DNA from: Candidatus Saccharimonadota bacterium
GTDB taxonomy: Bacteria; Pseudomonadota; Gammaproteobacteria; Enterobacterales; Enterobacteriaceae
Direction: 5' to 3'
NCBI RefSeq assembly: GCF_023585745.1
Contig: NZ_CP097762.1
Location: 210,001 to 242,000 of the forward strand
DNA: 32,000 bases
Positions within the stretch are counted from its first letter, which is position 1. Every line of letters starts with the position of its first letter. Both the position numbers and the translations under genes were made by a program. Below the pieces are notes generated by a model, which was not told the DNA's origin, did not search any database, and saw nothing but the letters and a program-made list of their open reading frames with translations. Below, piece after piece: positions 20,316 through 29,116 of this stretch.

Positions 20316-21613
20316 TTAATGATATTTATTTATATCTGCACGATGCAATAAATTTATAAAAATGTAAAATTATCTCCTGTATAAGAGATATTAACATTGT
20401 GTAATTTATAATCAATATTTTATTGTGTAATTTTATAAATAAAATTTTGATTAATTATTGAAAAAATAATATTATTTTTTATTACAATCAAAAATAATAT
20501 CGATCTAAAAATTTTGATAATAAATCTATTAGAATAAATATTCATATGACTATTATATAATAATTTATTAAAAATAAATAAATTCTACAAAATCACACAA
20601 ACTATTTACTCTGTTCATTTTTCGGGGAAAAATTTTTTGAAATAATCTACAATTCTGTATTAGCAATAATAAATTAATTTTCACATTAATAAAATAGTGA
20701 CTAAATTATAGATTTATACAAGAAAAATATCATTTCTACTTGTTAGTAAAAGACTACTATGCAATTCATACATATATAATCTATAAAAAATTAATCATAA
20801 AAATATGCAAGCATCAGATTATATACTTGTAATTTGATCACATTTTAATAATTTAATAAAATTACATAACTTTATATATAGGACGACTACATTTTGATAT
20901 TAGAAGCCAAATGTAATATATTAAAAAATTTTCTTAAAAAACAAATAATATGTTTTAGAAACAAATTAATTTCAAAAAATTAAATATATACGGATCATAA
21001 TATTTATAAAGTATAAATATTGTCTATTAATGCAATGCATTATATAAAATTAACAATTTACTATAAAATAGTACAATATTATTAATACTTATAATTAAAA
21101 ATTAGTATATTTATTTGATAATTTAATTTTTATTACTCAAAAACAATATTTAAAAAATAATAATAAATTTATTAATTTTTCTTAAAAGAAACGTTATTTT
21201 TATAACATATGATAAAAATCATTGCACTAATTATAATTAGTATTATATATCATGTTTTAATAAACATTACCTAAAATTCTGAAAATAAATAAATTAGATA
21301 ATATTATTATCTAATTAATAAATTTATTAAAATAAATAACATTTTATTAAATTTATTTACAACATAAATATATACTTAAAAAGTTTAATAACTATAATTA
21401 TTACATTTGAAATGTAGCATTAGTGAATCACTTACACTATAAAACATTTAATAAAAATACCATAGTTTAATACTAAATATATATAAATAATTAAATATTA
21501 TCTTTAATGTATACAACAACAAATAAAATATACACTATTTCTGATACAAAAAATTATTTTCTTGATAAAATCTTGACCTAAAAATAAATTAGTTTTTAAT
21601 ATTTCATAATACT
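20316..21613. other. 1298-bp ORF-free AT-rich spacer between yajC and ribD (syntenic position of secD-secF ... nrdR in E. coli); possibly eroded gene remnants
   Basis: No ORF of 60 aa or more on the supplied track. Only short hairpins are present (e.g. ATTTTTC-GGG-GAAAAAT followed by T5 at 20617-20638, and an 11-bp stem at 21292-21316). Confidence 0.4.
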
Positions 21614-22765
21614 ATGAAGAATAACACCACAACAACCAAAGCTCGAGATAAAATATACCTAACACGAGCGTTTCAATTAGCATGGAAAGGGCGATTTACT
21701 ACGACACCAAATCCTAATGTAGGATGCGTTATAGTTCGTAATAATAAAATTGTAGGAGAAGGATATCATATAAAAGCTGGAGAAGCTCATGCTGAAATAC
21801 ACGCATTACGTGTTGCTGGAAATCTATCACAAGGTGCTACAGCTTACGTTACTTTAGAACCATGTAGTCACTATGGGAGAACACCTCCATGTACTACTGC
21901 ATTAATTAATGCGGGGATAAAACGAGTTGTTATAGCTATGTTAGATCCCAATTTCTGCTCAAAAGGTAGAGGATTACATTTACTACAACAAGCAGGAATT
22001 CAAGTGGAACACAGTCTGATGTTATCAGAAGCTGAATCAATAAATAAAGGGTTTCTGAAACGTGTACGAACTGGATTACCATGGATAAAATTGAAATTAG
22101 CTGCTTCTTTAGACGGGAGAACGGCTATGTCTTCTGGAGAAAGTAAATGGATTACTTCTATTCAATCTCGACAAGATGTACAAAATTTTCGAGCAGAAAG
22201 TGATGCAATTCTTTCTACTGCGAGTACTATTCTTGCAGATAATCCAAAATTAAATGTACGTTGGACATGTTTTTCAAAAACTATGAAACATACATATGGA
22301 AAAAATCAAATTCGGCAACCATTAAGAATAATTATAGATAGTGCAAATAGAGTGCTCCCAACACATCGTTTTATACAATATAAAGGTAAAATTTTATTAG
22401 CTAGGTTAAAAAAAGATCATTTAAACTGGCCTTCCTCAGTAGAACAACTATTATTTTCTTCAATGTGCTATCATGGACAATACTATATAAATTTAATAGA
22501 ACTTATAAAAAAAATTACTCAAATTCATGAAATTAATAATATTTGGGTAGAAGCAGGTGCTACTTTTTCTGGTGCTCTATTAAATATAGGATTAGTTGAT
22601 GAACTTATCTTATATCAAGCTCTAAAATTTTTAGGTTCCGATGCTCGACCATTATGTTTATTACCAAATATTAAGTGCCTTAATGATATAAAATCATTTA
22701 AATTAATTGATATCAAAATCATTGGATCAGATCTACGTTTAAGATTAATGCCAAAAAATACATAA
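21614..22765 (+). CDS. ribD: Bifunctional riboflavin biosynthesis protein RibD (pyrimidine deaminase / uracil reductase)
   Basis: RA..LA..GRFTT.PNPNVGCVIV......GEGYH..AGE.HAE.HALR.AG....GATAYVTLEPCSH.GRTPPC..ALI.AG..RVV.AM.DPN....GRGL..LQQAGI.V.H.LM.SEAE..NKGFLKR.RTG.P.I.LKL.ASLDGRTAM.SGES.WITS...R.DVQ..RA.S.AIL....T.LAD.P.L.VRW..IWVEAG.T..GALL..GLVDELI.Y.A.K.LGSDAR.LC.LP matches E. coli RibD over both domains. Confidence 0.96.
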   Translation: MKNNTTTTKARDKIYLTRAFQLAWKGRFTTTPNPNVGCVIVRNNKIVGEGYHIKAGEAHAEIHALRVAGNLSQGATAYVTLEPCSHYGRTPPCTTALINAGIKRVVIAMLDPNFCSKGRGLHLLQQAGIQVEHSLMLSEAESINKGFLKRVRTGLPWIKLKLAASLDGRTAMSSGESKWITSIQSRQDVQNFRAESDAILSTASTILADNPKLNVRWTCFSKTMKHTYGKNQIRQPLRIIIDSANRVLPTHRFIQYKGKILLARLKKDHLNWPSSVEQLLFSSMCYHGQYYINLIELIKKITQIHEINNIWVEAGATFSGALLNIGLVDELILYQALKFLGSDARPLCLLPNIKCLNDIKSFKLIDIKIIGSDLRLRLMPKNT

Positions 22766-22832
22766 TTTATTAAAAGTAATAATATTATGATATGATGTTT
22801 AATACAAATATAAATTAATTCGGACCCTAATT

Positions 22833-23306
22833 ATGAATATTATTGAAAGTAATACTATGATAGTAAATAATGCTAAGATTGCTATAATTGTTGCACGAGT
22901 CAATCGTTTTATTAATAATAATCTACTTGAAGGCGCCCTAGATATCTTAAAAAAAATAGGGCACGTAAAAGAAGAGCATATAAAAATAATATGGGTTCCA
23001 GGAGCTTACGAATTGCCATTAATCGCAAAATTATTAGCTACAGAAAATAAATATGATGCAATAATAACACTAGGAACAATTATAAAAGGATTTACTACAC
23101 ATTTCAAACTACTCGAAAAAATATGTAATCTCAGATTATCTGAAATTTCTATAAATCATACATTACCTATTGGTTGCGGATTATTAACTACAGATAATAT
23201 AGGACAAGCTATAGAACGTGCAGGTATAAAATCTAATAACAAAGGATCAGAATCTGCTTTAGCTGTTTTAGAAATGATTAATATCATACAATTACTTAAA
23301 AAGTAA
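22833..23306 (+). CDS. ribH: 6,7-dimethyl-8-ribityllumazine synthase
   Basis: MNIIE.N......A..AI..AR.N.FIN..LLEGA.D.LK.IG.VK.E.I...WVPGAYELPL.A..LA....YDA...LGT.I.G.T.HF..G.LTT..I.QAIERAG.K..NKG.E.AL..LEMIN matches E. coli RibE/RibH. Confidence 0.95.
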   Translation: MNIIESNTMIVNNAKIAIIVARVNRFINNNLLEGALDILKKIGHVKEEHIKIIWVPGAYELPLIAKLLATENKYDAIITLGTIIKGFTTHFKLLEKICNLRLSEISINHTLPIGCGLLTTDNIGQAIERAGIKSNNKGSESALAVLEMINIIQLLKK

Positions 23307-23373
23307 TATTTTTATATTCACTTAAAATAAAGTGAATTTTTTATTACTTTTATCTATTATATAGGAAATATTT

Positions 23374-23817
23374 TTGAAATCAATTAGTCGTAGACGTGCG
23401 CGTGAATGCGCGCTACAAGCATTATATTCTTGGACATTATCTCAAAATGATATTAATTCAGTAGAATTACATATTTTAGTAGAACAAAATATACAAAATT
23501 GTAATACATCTTATTTTCATACATTATATACAGGCGTAATAAATTACTCTAAAGAACTCGATCAGTTGATGATTCCATTTCTTTCTAGAAATTTAAATAC
23601 ATTAGGATATATTGAACATTTAGTATTAAGAATTGCTTTATTTGAACTTACAAAATGCCAATCAACCATACCACACAAAGTTGTTATTAATGAAGCTATT
23701 GAACTTGTTAAAACATTTGGCGCTGAAAAAAGTCACAAATTTATCAACGGCGTTTTAGATAAAATAACTAAAAAAATTTTTTTACACAATAAAACAACAA
23801 TGTTAAATAACACTTAA
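23374..23817 (+). CDS. nusB: Transcription antitermination factor NusB (TTG start)
   Basis: (M)[27 protein letters not shown]...L.EQ........YF..L..GV......LD.LM.P.LSR.L..LG..E..VLRIAL.EL.K.....[25 protein letters not shown] is collinear with E. coli NusB ([20 protein letters not shown]) from the TTG at 23374. An AGGAAA SD-like motif sits at 23363-23368. There is no in-frame ATG until about codon 66. Confidence 0.92.
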   Translation: MKSISRRRARECALQALYSWTLSQNDINSVELHILVEQNIQNCNTSYFHTLYTGVINYSKELDQLMIPFLSRNLNTLGYIEHLVLRIALFELTKCQSTIPHKVVINEAIELVKTFGAEKSHKFINGVLDKITKKIFLHNKTTMLNNT

Positions 23818-23873
23818 TACAAAATTAATTTTAATTAAATTATTAATAATATTACATATCGGTAATACAGATT

Positions 23874-24362
23874 ATGTTACGTGATTTATTGAATACTAAA
23901 AAATTTACTAAAACTTGTTATTTATGTGCTACCGGTTTTGGAATCGGTACGATCCCCAAAACACCCACTGGCAGTATTGCATCACTATTCGCTATACCTA
24001 TATGGTGGATATTAGTAAAATTATTTTCATATAAATTTTATTTTTGTTTTTTAACAATTGGAATAATAATAGGTACATATTTTTGCAATCAAACAAATAA
24101 AATAATTGGAATACACGATCATAAATCTATAGTTTTAGATGAATTTCTTGGTATGTGGATTACTCTGATTATAGTACCAACAAATAATTGGTATTATATA
24201 ATGTTTGCGTTTACATTATTTAGAATACTCGATATAACCAAACCTTGGCCAATATCTTGGTGCGACCGTACAATCAAAGGGGGTTTTGGAATAATTTTTG
24301 ATGATATAGTAGCTGGTGTTATTTCAGTGTTTTTAATAATTTTATTTAGGCATTTTACTTAA
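23874..24362 (+). CDS. pgpA: Phosphatidylglycerophosphatase A
   Basis: GFG.G..P..PGT.GS.A.....W........IG.Y.C.QT.K..G.HDH.SIV.DEF.GMWITL...PTN.W......F..FRILD..KPWPI.W.DR...GG.GI..DDIVAGVIS matches E. coli PgpA. Confidence 0.93.
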   Translation: MLRDLLNTKKFTKTCYLCATGFGIGTIPKTPTGSIASLFAIPIWWILVKLFSYKFYFCFLTIGIIIGTYFCNQTNKIIGIHDHKSIVLDEFLGMWITLIIVPTNNWYYIMFAFTLFRILDITKPWPISWCDRTIKGGFGIIFDDIVAGVISVFLIILFRHFT

Positions 24363-24470
24363 AAAATACATAAACAATGATCCATTATATAGTATCATAG
24401 ATACTGAATCTTAAAAAATTTTAAATATAATTAATACTACTTTTATTACATTAAAAATATAAAGCTACCC

Positions 24471-24500
24471 TTATTTTTATGTTTAAATACATAAAAATAA
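24471..24500. terminator. Perfect 12-bp hairpin between convergent pgpA and dxs (candidate terminator)
   Basis: TTATTTTTATGT (24471-24482), loop TTAAAT, ACATAAAAATAA (24489-24500). It starts 3 nt beyond the dxs stop codon on the minus strand. The stem is almost all A-T and there is no clean flanking U-tract, so function is uncertain. Confidence 0.3.
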
Positions 24501-24503
24501 AAA

Positions 24504-26390
24504 TTAACACGCCCAATCTATAATTTTATTGTAAATACCAATACTATCTAATCCTAAATCCGCAAGTATTTCTAATCGTGAACCTTGAGGAATGAAGGAA
24601 TCAGGAAAACCAATATTTAAAACCGGCGTTAAAAACTTATTCCTCATAAGATACTCATTTACTCCGCTACCTGCCCCACCTAATATAACGTTTTCTTCTA
24701 AAGTCACTAAGAATTTATGATGTTTAACAACATACCGTATTAATTTTTTATCTAACGGTTTAACGAATCGCATATCTACTAATGTAGCATTCAGTTTTAA
24801 CGCAACATCATAAGCTGATTTCAATAAAGCGCCAAAATTAAGAATAGCAATGCAGCGTCCTTCTCGCTTTATTACACCCTTGCTTAATGGAATAGGCGAT
24901 AATGATTTAACATCATCTATAATTTCATCAGATAAATCAGCAGGACCTTTTGGATAACGTACAACACTAGGACCATCTTGATAACTATATCCCGTATATA
25001 ACATTAATTGACATTCCTTCGCATTACTTGGAGTCATTATTATTATATTTGGTATACAACGTAAATAAGACAAATCAAACGCGCCTTGATGTGTTTGACC
25101 GTCTTCACCAACAATCCCTCCTCTATCAACAACAAATAATACAGATAATTTTTGAATTGCTATATCATGAATTACTTGATCATATGCTCTTTGTAAAAAT
25201 GTTGAATAAATTGCAACAATAGGCTTATAACCAGCTATAGCTAATCCAGCAGCAAAGGTAACAGCATGTTGTTCAGCAATAGCAACATCAAAATACTGTT
25301 TTGGGTATTTTTTAGAAAATTCACTCATACCTGAACCTTCTCTCATTGCAGGAGTAATTCCAATAATTTTTTTATCATTAGCTGCAACTTGACATATCCA
25401 ATCACCAAAAATAGAAGAATATGTTGTATTATTAATTTTTTTTGAATCTATAAGATATGACGAATCTTTTTGATCTAAATTAAATTTTGGAACCGCATGC
25501 CATTTTATAGGATCATTTTCTGCTGGTTTATATCCACAACCCTTTTTAGTAATAACATGCAAAAAATTAGGACCTTTACGCATGTTGCGTATATTTTTTA
25601 AAACCAATAACAATTCTCCCATATTGTGACCATTAACCGGACCAATATAAGAAAAACCAAGCTGAGAAAATAGAGATAAAGATTTTTTATTTTTAACGTT
25701 CTTATTAAGATATTTAATAAATTTTTTTCTATAAAAATAATTAACAGATATATCTTTATTATCTGATTTTAACGAAAAATATTTTGGTTTAGATATACAA
25801 GTACTGTAAGCATTTAACGCCCCTACATTTTCAGAAATGGACATTTTATTATCATTTAATATAATTAATAAATTAGGTTTTATATATCCAGCATGATTAA
25901 TTGCTTCAAAAGCCATGCCTGCAGTTATTGCCCCATCTCCAATAACACATACTGTGTGTCGACCTAGGTTTTCTCTCTCTGCAGCTATCGCCAATCCTAA
26001 TCCTGCACTAATAGAGGTAGAAGAATGCCCTACAGATAACACATCATATTCACTTTCATCACGGCATGGAAAAGGATGTAAACCACCCTTTTTTCTAATA
26101 CTGTAAATGCGTTCTTTTCGCCCCGTAATAACTTTGTGTGGATATGCTTGATGACCAATATCCCAAATTAAATAATCAAATGGAGTATTATATATATAAT
26201 GTAAAGCAATAGTAAGTTCCACTGTCCCCAGTCCTGATGCAAAATGTCCGCTAGATTTGCTTATGCTGTTTAAAAGAAATTGACGTAATTCATCGCATAA
26301 TTTTATTAAATCATCCTCAGACAATTTCCTTAATTCTATAGGATTCTGCACTAAATCTAATACAGGATATTTACTGAAATTAAAATTCAT
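24504..26390 (-). CDS. dxs: 1-deoxy-D-xylulose-5-phosphate synthase
   Basis: KYP.L.LV..P.ELR.L.......[50 protein letters not shown]...I...R.KGGLHPFP...[24 protein letters not shown]......[112 protein letters not shown] is near-identical to E. coli Dxs. Confidence 0.98.
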   Translation of the reverse strand: MNFNFSKYPVLDLVQNPIELRKLSEDDLIKLCDELRQFLLNSISKSSGHFASGLGTVELTIALHYIYNTPFDYLIWDIGHQAYPHKVITGRKERIYSIRKKGGLHPFPCRDESEYDVLSVGHSSTSISAGLGLAIAAERENLGRHTVCVIGDGAITAGMAFEAINHAGYIKPNLLIILNDNKMSISENVGALNAYSTCISKPKYFSLKSDNKDISVNYFYRKKFIKYLNKNVKNKKSLSLFSQLGFSYIGPVNGHNMGELLLVLKNIRNMRKGPNFLHVITKKGCGYKPAENDPIKWHAVPKFNLDQKDSSYLIDSKKINNTTYSSIFGDWICQVAANDKKIIGITPAMREGSGMSEFSKKYPKQYFDVAIAEQHAVTFAAGLAIAGYKPIVAIYSTFLQRAYDQVIHDIAIQKLSVLFVVDRGGIVGEDGQTHQGAFDLSYLRCIPNIIIMTPSNAKECQLMLYTGYSYQDGPSVVRYPKGPADLSDEIIDDVKSLSPIPLSKGVIKREGRCIAILNFGALLKSAYDVALKLNATLVDMRFVKPLDKKLIRYVVKHHKFLVTLEENVILGGAGSGVNEYLMRNKFLTPVLNIGFPDSFIPQGSRLEILADLGLDSIGIYNKIIDWAC

Positions 26391-27392
26391 ATTGAATATA
26401 TTTAATTGGTGTTATTCGCAGTATTGTAATAATTATTATTTATAATAAATTTTTACTTTAAATAAAATATTAAAATTTTAATACATCAAATTCTTTATAA
26501 CATAATATAAACACTATTCAAAATATAAATTTTGATTTGTTCATATTTTACATTTTTATGTAATATTTTTAAAAAAATTTTGTTTATCCAAATTAGATAT
26601 TACACCAAATAATAAATGTTATATTAAACATGAAATTTATATATATAGGATTAATATATTTATCATTAATATATTTACATATGGTTTTGTCATAAAGAAA
26701 TTCTTAATTTTGATAAATTAAAAAATTTTTTAACAGTTAATATATTATATATTAGAAATATATATATTTTTCTTAACACACAGACATTAATTATATATTA
26801 TAATCTTTGTAAAATTATTAGCAATAATATTAAAAACCTTATAAATCTCTTATTTATGATTATGTTTATTATTTATGTTTAACTTAAGAATTATTTTTAT
26901 CAATTTTTTTTTGATATATAAAATATATGTATTTCTCAAAAAAAATATTTAAACACTCAAAAAAAATTTTTATAAAATTACTATAAATTTAATCACTGTA
27001 TTTAAATATAACACTACATTTTTATGAATATTAGATATTGACACAAAATAAATATCTGCAAAATTACAAAATTAACATAATATATGAATATATTATTGCT
27101 AATAAGTTCTATACATATATGCAAACCAATTCTAAATAATCCTTAATTTTAATATTTTAAATAAAACATTATTATAATGATATACTATAGTTTTTATACA
27201 CTAAATTAAATAACTTTTAATAAAATTAAAAAATCACATATATGTATAACATGCTCTAATTTTACTTAAATTTATACTATCTGAAACTATTGACAAAAAA
27301 ACTAGAAATTATACATTATAGATCTATTTAAAATTAAAAAAATTCATAATATAATCAATATTTTTAAATTTTAATAAAAAAATATTTTTCAT
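26391..27392. other. 1002-bp ORF-free AT-rich spacer between divergent dxs and thiI (syntenic position of ispA-xseB in E. coli); possibly eroded gene remnants
   Basis: The only track ORF touching it (27324-27530, minus) is a low-complexity antisense ORF overlapping the thiI start. Stops are dense in all frames. Confidence 0.4.
27290..27318 (+). promoter_or_regulatory. Candidate sigma70 promoter for thiI (consensus TTGACA -35)
   Basis: A perfect TTGACA at 27290-27295. It is followed at 16-17 nt by TACATT/ACATTA (27312-27318), about 75 nt upstream of the thiI ATG. The -10 is weak. Confidence 0.3.
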
Positions 27393-28853
27393 ATGAAAAT
27401 AATTACCAAATTTTCTCCAGAAATTACTATAAAAAGTCGTCCTATAAGAATTTTTTTTATAAATATTCTTATTACAAACATTAAAAATATTTTTAAGAGA
27501 AATAACGAACCTATTACTATAATACGACATTGGGATTATCTAGAAATAAAATGTAAAAATAATCAAAGAATATATAATATTTTACAAAATATACCAGGAA
27601 TTCATCATTTTTTATTAGTTGAAGAATACACATACACCTCATTACAAGATATTTATCAAAAAATCGCATTAAATTTTAATAACAAAAACATTATATTTGC
27701 AGAAAAAACTTTTTGTATAAGAGTAAAACGTTACGGTAATCAAAACTTTACTTCAAAAGAAGCTGAATGTTATTTAGGTAATAAAATTATTCAAATGATA
27801 AAAAACATAAAAGTTAATTTAACAAATCCTGAAAAAATTATATATATAGAAATTAAACATAATAAACTCTTTATAGTAATTAAACGTTATGAAGGACTGA
27901 ATGGATTTCCTATCGGTACACAAAAAGAACTATTATCTTTAATTTCTGGAGGATTTGATTCAGCTGTCTCTAGTTATATGTTAATACGTCGAGGATGCAC
28001 AGTAAATTATTGTTTTTTTAATTTGGGCGGCTCAACACACATTATTGAAGTACAAAAAATCGTATTCTACTTGTGGAATAAATTTAGTAGCTCGCACAAA
28101 GTTAAATTTATTACTATTGACTGCGCAGAAATAATTAAAGAAATTTTTTCTAAAATTAAACATAATTATATGGGAATAATATTAAAACGTATGATGATGC
28201 GAATTGCATCTGTGATAGCAAATCATTTAAAAGTTAAAGCATTAATAACAGGAGAAGCAATAGGACAAGTGTCCAGCCAAACTTTAAATAATATTACTAT
28301 TATCGACAATGCTTCCACACACGTAATATTTCGTCCTTTAATTTCTTATGACAAAGAACAAATTATTAACTTAGCTAAAAAAATTGGAACAGAAATTTTC
28401 TCAAAAAATATTCCTGAATATTGCGCAATAACATCAAAAAATGCAAGTACAAAAATAAATAAAAAATATATTGAATTAGAGGAAAAAAATTTTGATTTTT
28501 CTATACTTGCACGTGCAGTATCTCAAGCTAAAACTATTAATGTACATGATATTCCTAATGATGTAAAAAATAACACTTTTTTTCAAAAAATTAAAACTAC
28601 ACATATTCTAAATAAAAACGATATTTTACTAGACATACGCCCAGAATCTGACAGAAACAAAAAACCACTATTTTTAAACAACACAAAAATACAACACATC
28701 CCATTTTACGAATTAATCAATCAATTTTCTAAACTAGATCAAAATAAAACATATTTATTATATTGTGATAACGGTATTATCAGTAGGTCACAAGCAATAT
28801 ATTTATATGATAAAGGATTTATCAACATAAAAATTTATCAACCTACTAAGTAA
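27393..28853 (+). CDS. thiI: tRNA 4-thiouridine synthase / thiazole-sulfur carrier ThiI (with C-terminal rhodanese domain)
   Basis: MK.I.K..PEITIKS...R..FI.IL..NI.N......VRHWD..E......IPGIHH.L.VE..KTFC.RVKR.G...F.S...E.Y.G..LTNP......E......RYEG..GFPIGTQ...LSLISGGFDS.VSSYML.RRGC.V.YCFFNLGG..H.I.V......LWN.F.SSH.V.F..ILKRMM.R.AS..A......ALITGEA.GQVSSQTL.N...IDN.S...I.RPLISYDKE.IINLA..IGTE.F....PEYC matches E. coli ThiI. The PP-loop SGGFDS and the rhodanese Cys (LLYCDNG vs LLWCERG) are conserved. Confidence 0.96.
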   Translation: MKIITKFSPEITIKSRPIRIFFINILITNIKNIFKRNNEPITIIRHWDYLEIKCKNNQRIYNILQNIPGIHHFLLVEEYTYTSLQDIYQKIALNFNNKNIIFAEKTFCIRVKRYGNQNFTSKEAECYLGNKIIQMIKNIKVNLTNPEKIIYIEIKHNKLFIVIKRYEGLNGFPIGTQKELLSLISGGFDSAVSSYMLIRRGCTVNYCFFNLGGSTHIIEVQKIVFYLWNKFSSSHKVKFITIDCAEIIKEIFSKIKHNYMGIILKRMMMRIASVIANHLKVKALITGEAIGQVSSQTLNNITIIDNASTHVIFRPLISYDKEQIINLAKKIGTEIFSKNIPEYCAITSKNASTKINKKYIELEEKNFDFSILARAVSQAKTINVHDIPNDVKNNTFFQKIKTTHILNKNDILLDIRPESDRNKKPLFLNNTKIQHIPFYELINQFSKLDQNKTYLLYCDNGIISRSQAIYLYDKGFINIKIYQPTK

Positions 28854-28870
28854 TGCGCCAAAAAATTTAA

Positions 28871-28892
28871 TTATCTTGTTTTTAAACAAGAT
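28871..28892. terminator. Candidate bidirectional intrinsic terminator between convergent thiI and yajR
   Basis: TATCTTGTTT (28871-28880) and AAACAAGATA (28883-28892) form an inverted repeat. That is effectively an 8-bp stem with a 6-nt T/A loop (TTTTAA). It is flanked by A6 on the left (T6 on the minus strand) and ATATTTTGTT on the right, 18 nt after the thiI stop. Confidence 0.4.
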
Positions 28893-29116
28893 ATAAATAA
28901 TATTTTGTTAATTTATCACAATACAAATCAATGTAATACTTATAATATAATAATTTTTCATCAAAATTTATTTTTGATACTAAAAATATATATTAACATA
29001 TGAAATTATGTATTTTATTTATAAAAAGACAATTCTCTTTATTTAAATAAAATATTACATACCAATTTTTATATCAAAAAAATTAACTTATTAAAAATAA
29101 TAAATATAAAATATTT

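Noticed and set aside
21209-21274. 21-aa hydrophobic mini-ORF (MIKIIALIIISIIYHVLINIT) in the yajC-ribD spacer. Similar tiny ORFs occur at 18078-18122 and 16846-16884.
   Set aside because: No SD is present. Ile/Leu/Lys-rich peptides are what random AT-rich DNA encodes. There is no conservation evidence available.
21540-21613. An FMN riboswitch upstream of ribD, or a TPP riboswitch upstream of thiI (27300-27392).
   Set aside because: The leaders are almost pure A/T and lack the conserved G-rich cores of either riboswitch. In enterobacteria these elements precede ribB and thiC/thiM/thiB, not ribD or thiI.
24482-24495. The 14-nt exact repeat TTTAAATACATAAA, shared by the pgpA/dxs hairpin and the palindrome cluster at 18031-18044.
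   Set aside because: A single all-A/T-plus-one-C 14-mer match between about 6 kb of spacer at roughly 85-90% A+T is within chance expectation. There is no extended flanking similarity.
27324-27530. 68-aa minus-strand ORF spanning the thiI start and the end of the dxs-thiI spacer.
   Set aside because: It is a low-complexity N/K/F/Y-rich translation, mostly antisense to the well-supported thiI 5' end, with no SD. It is a shadow ORF.
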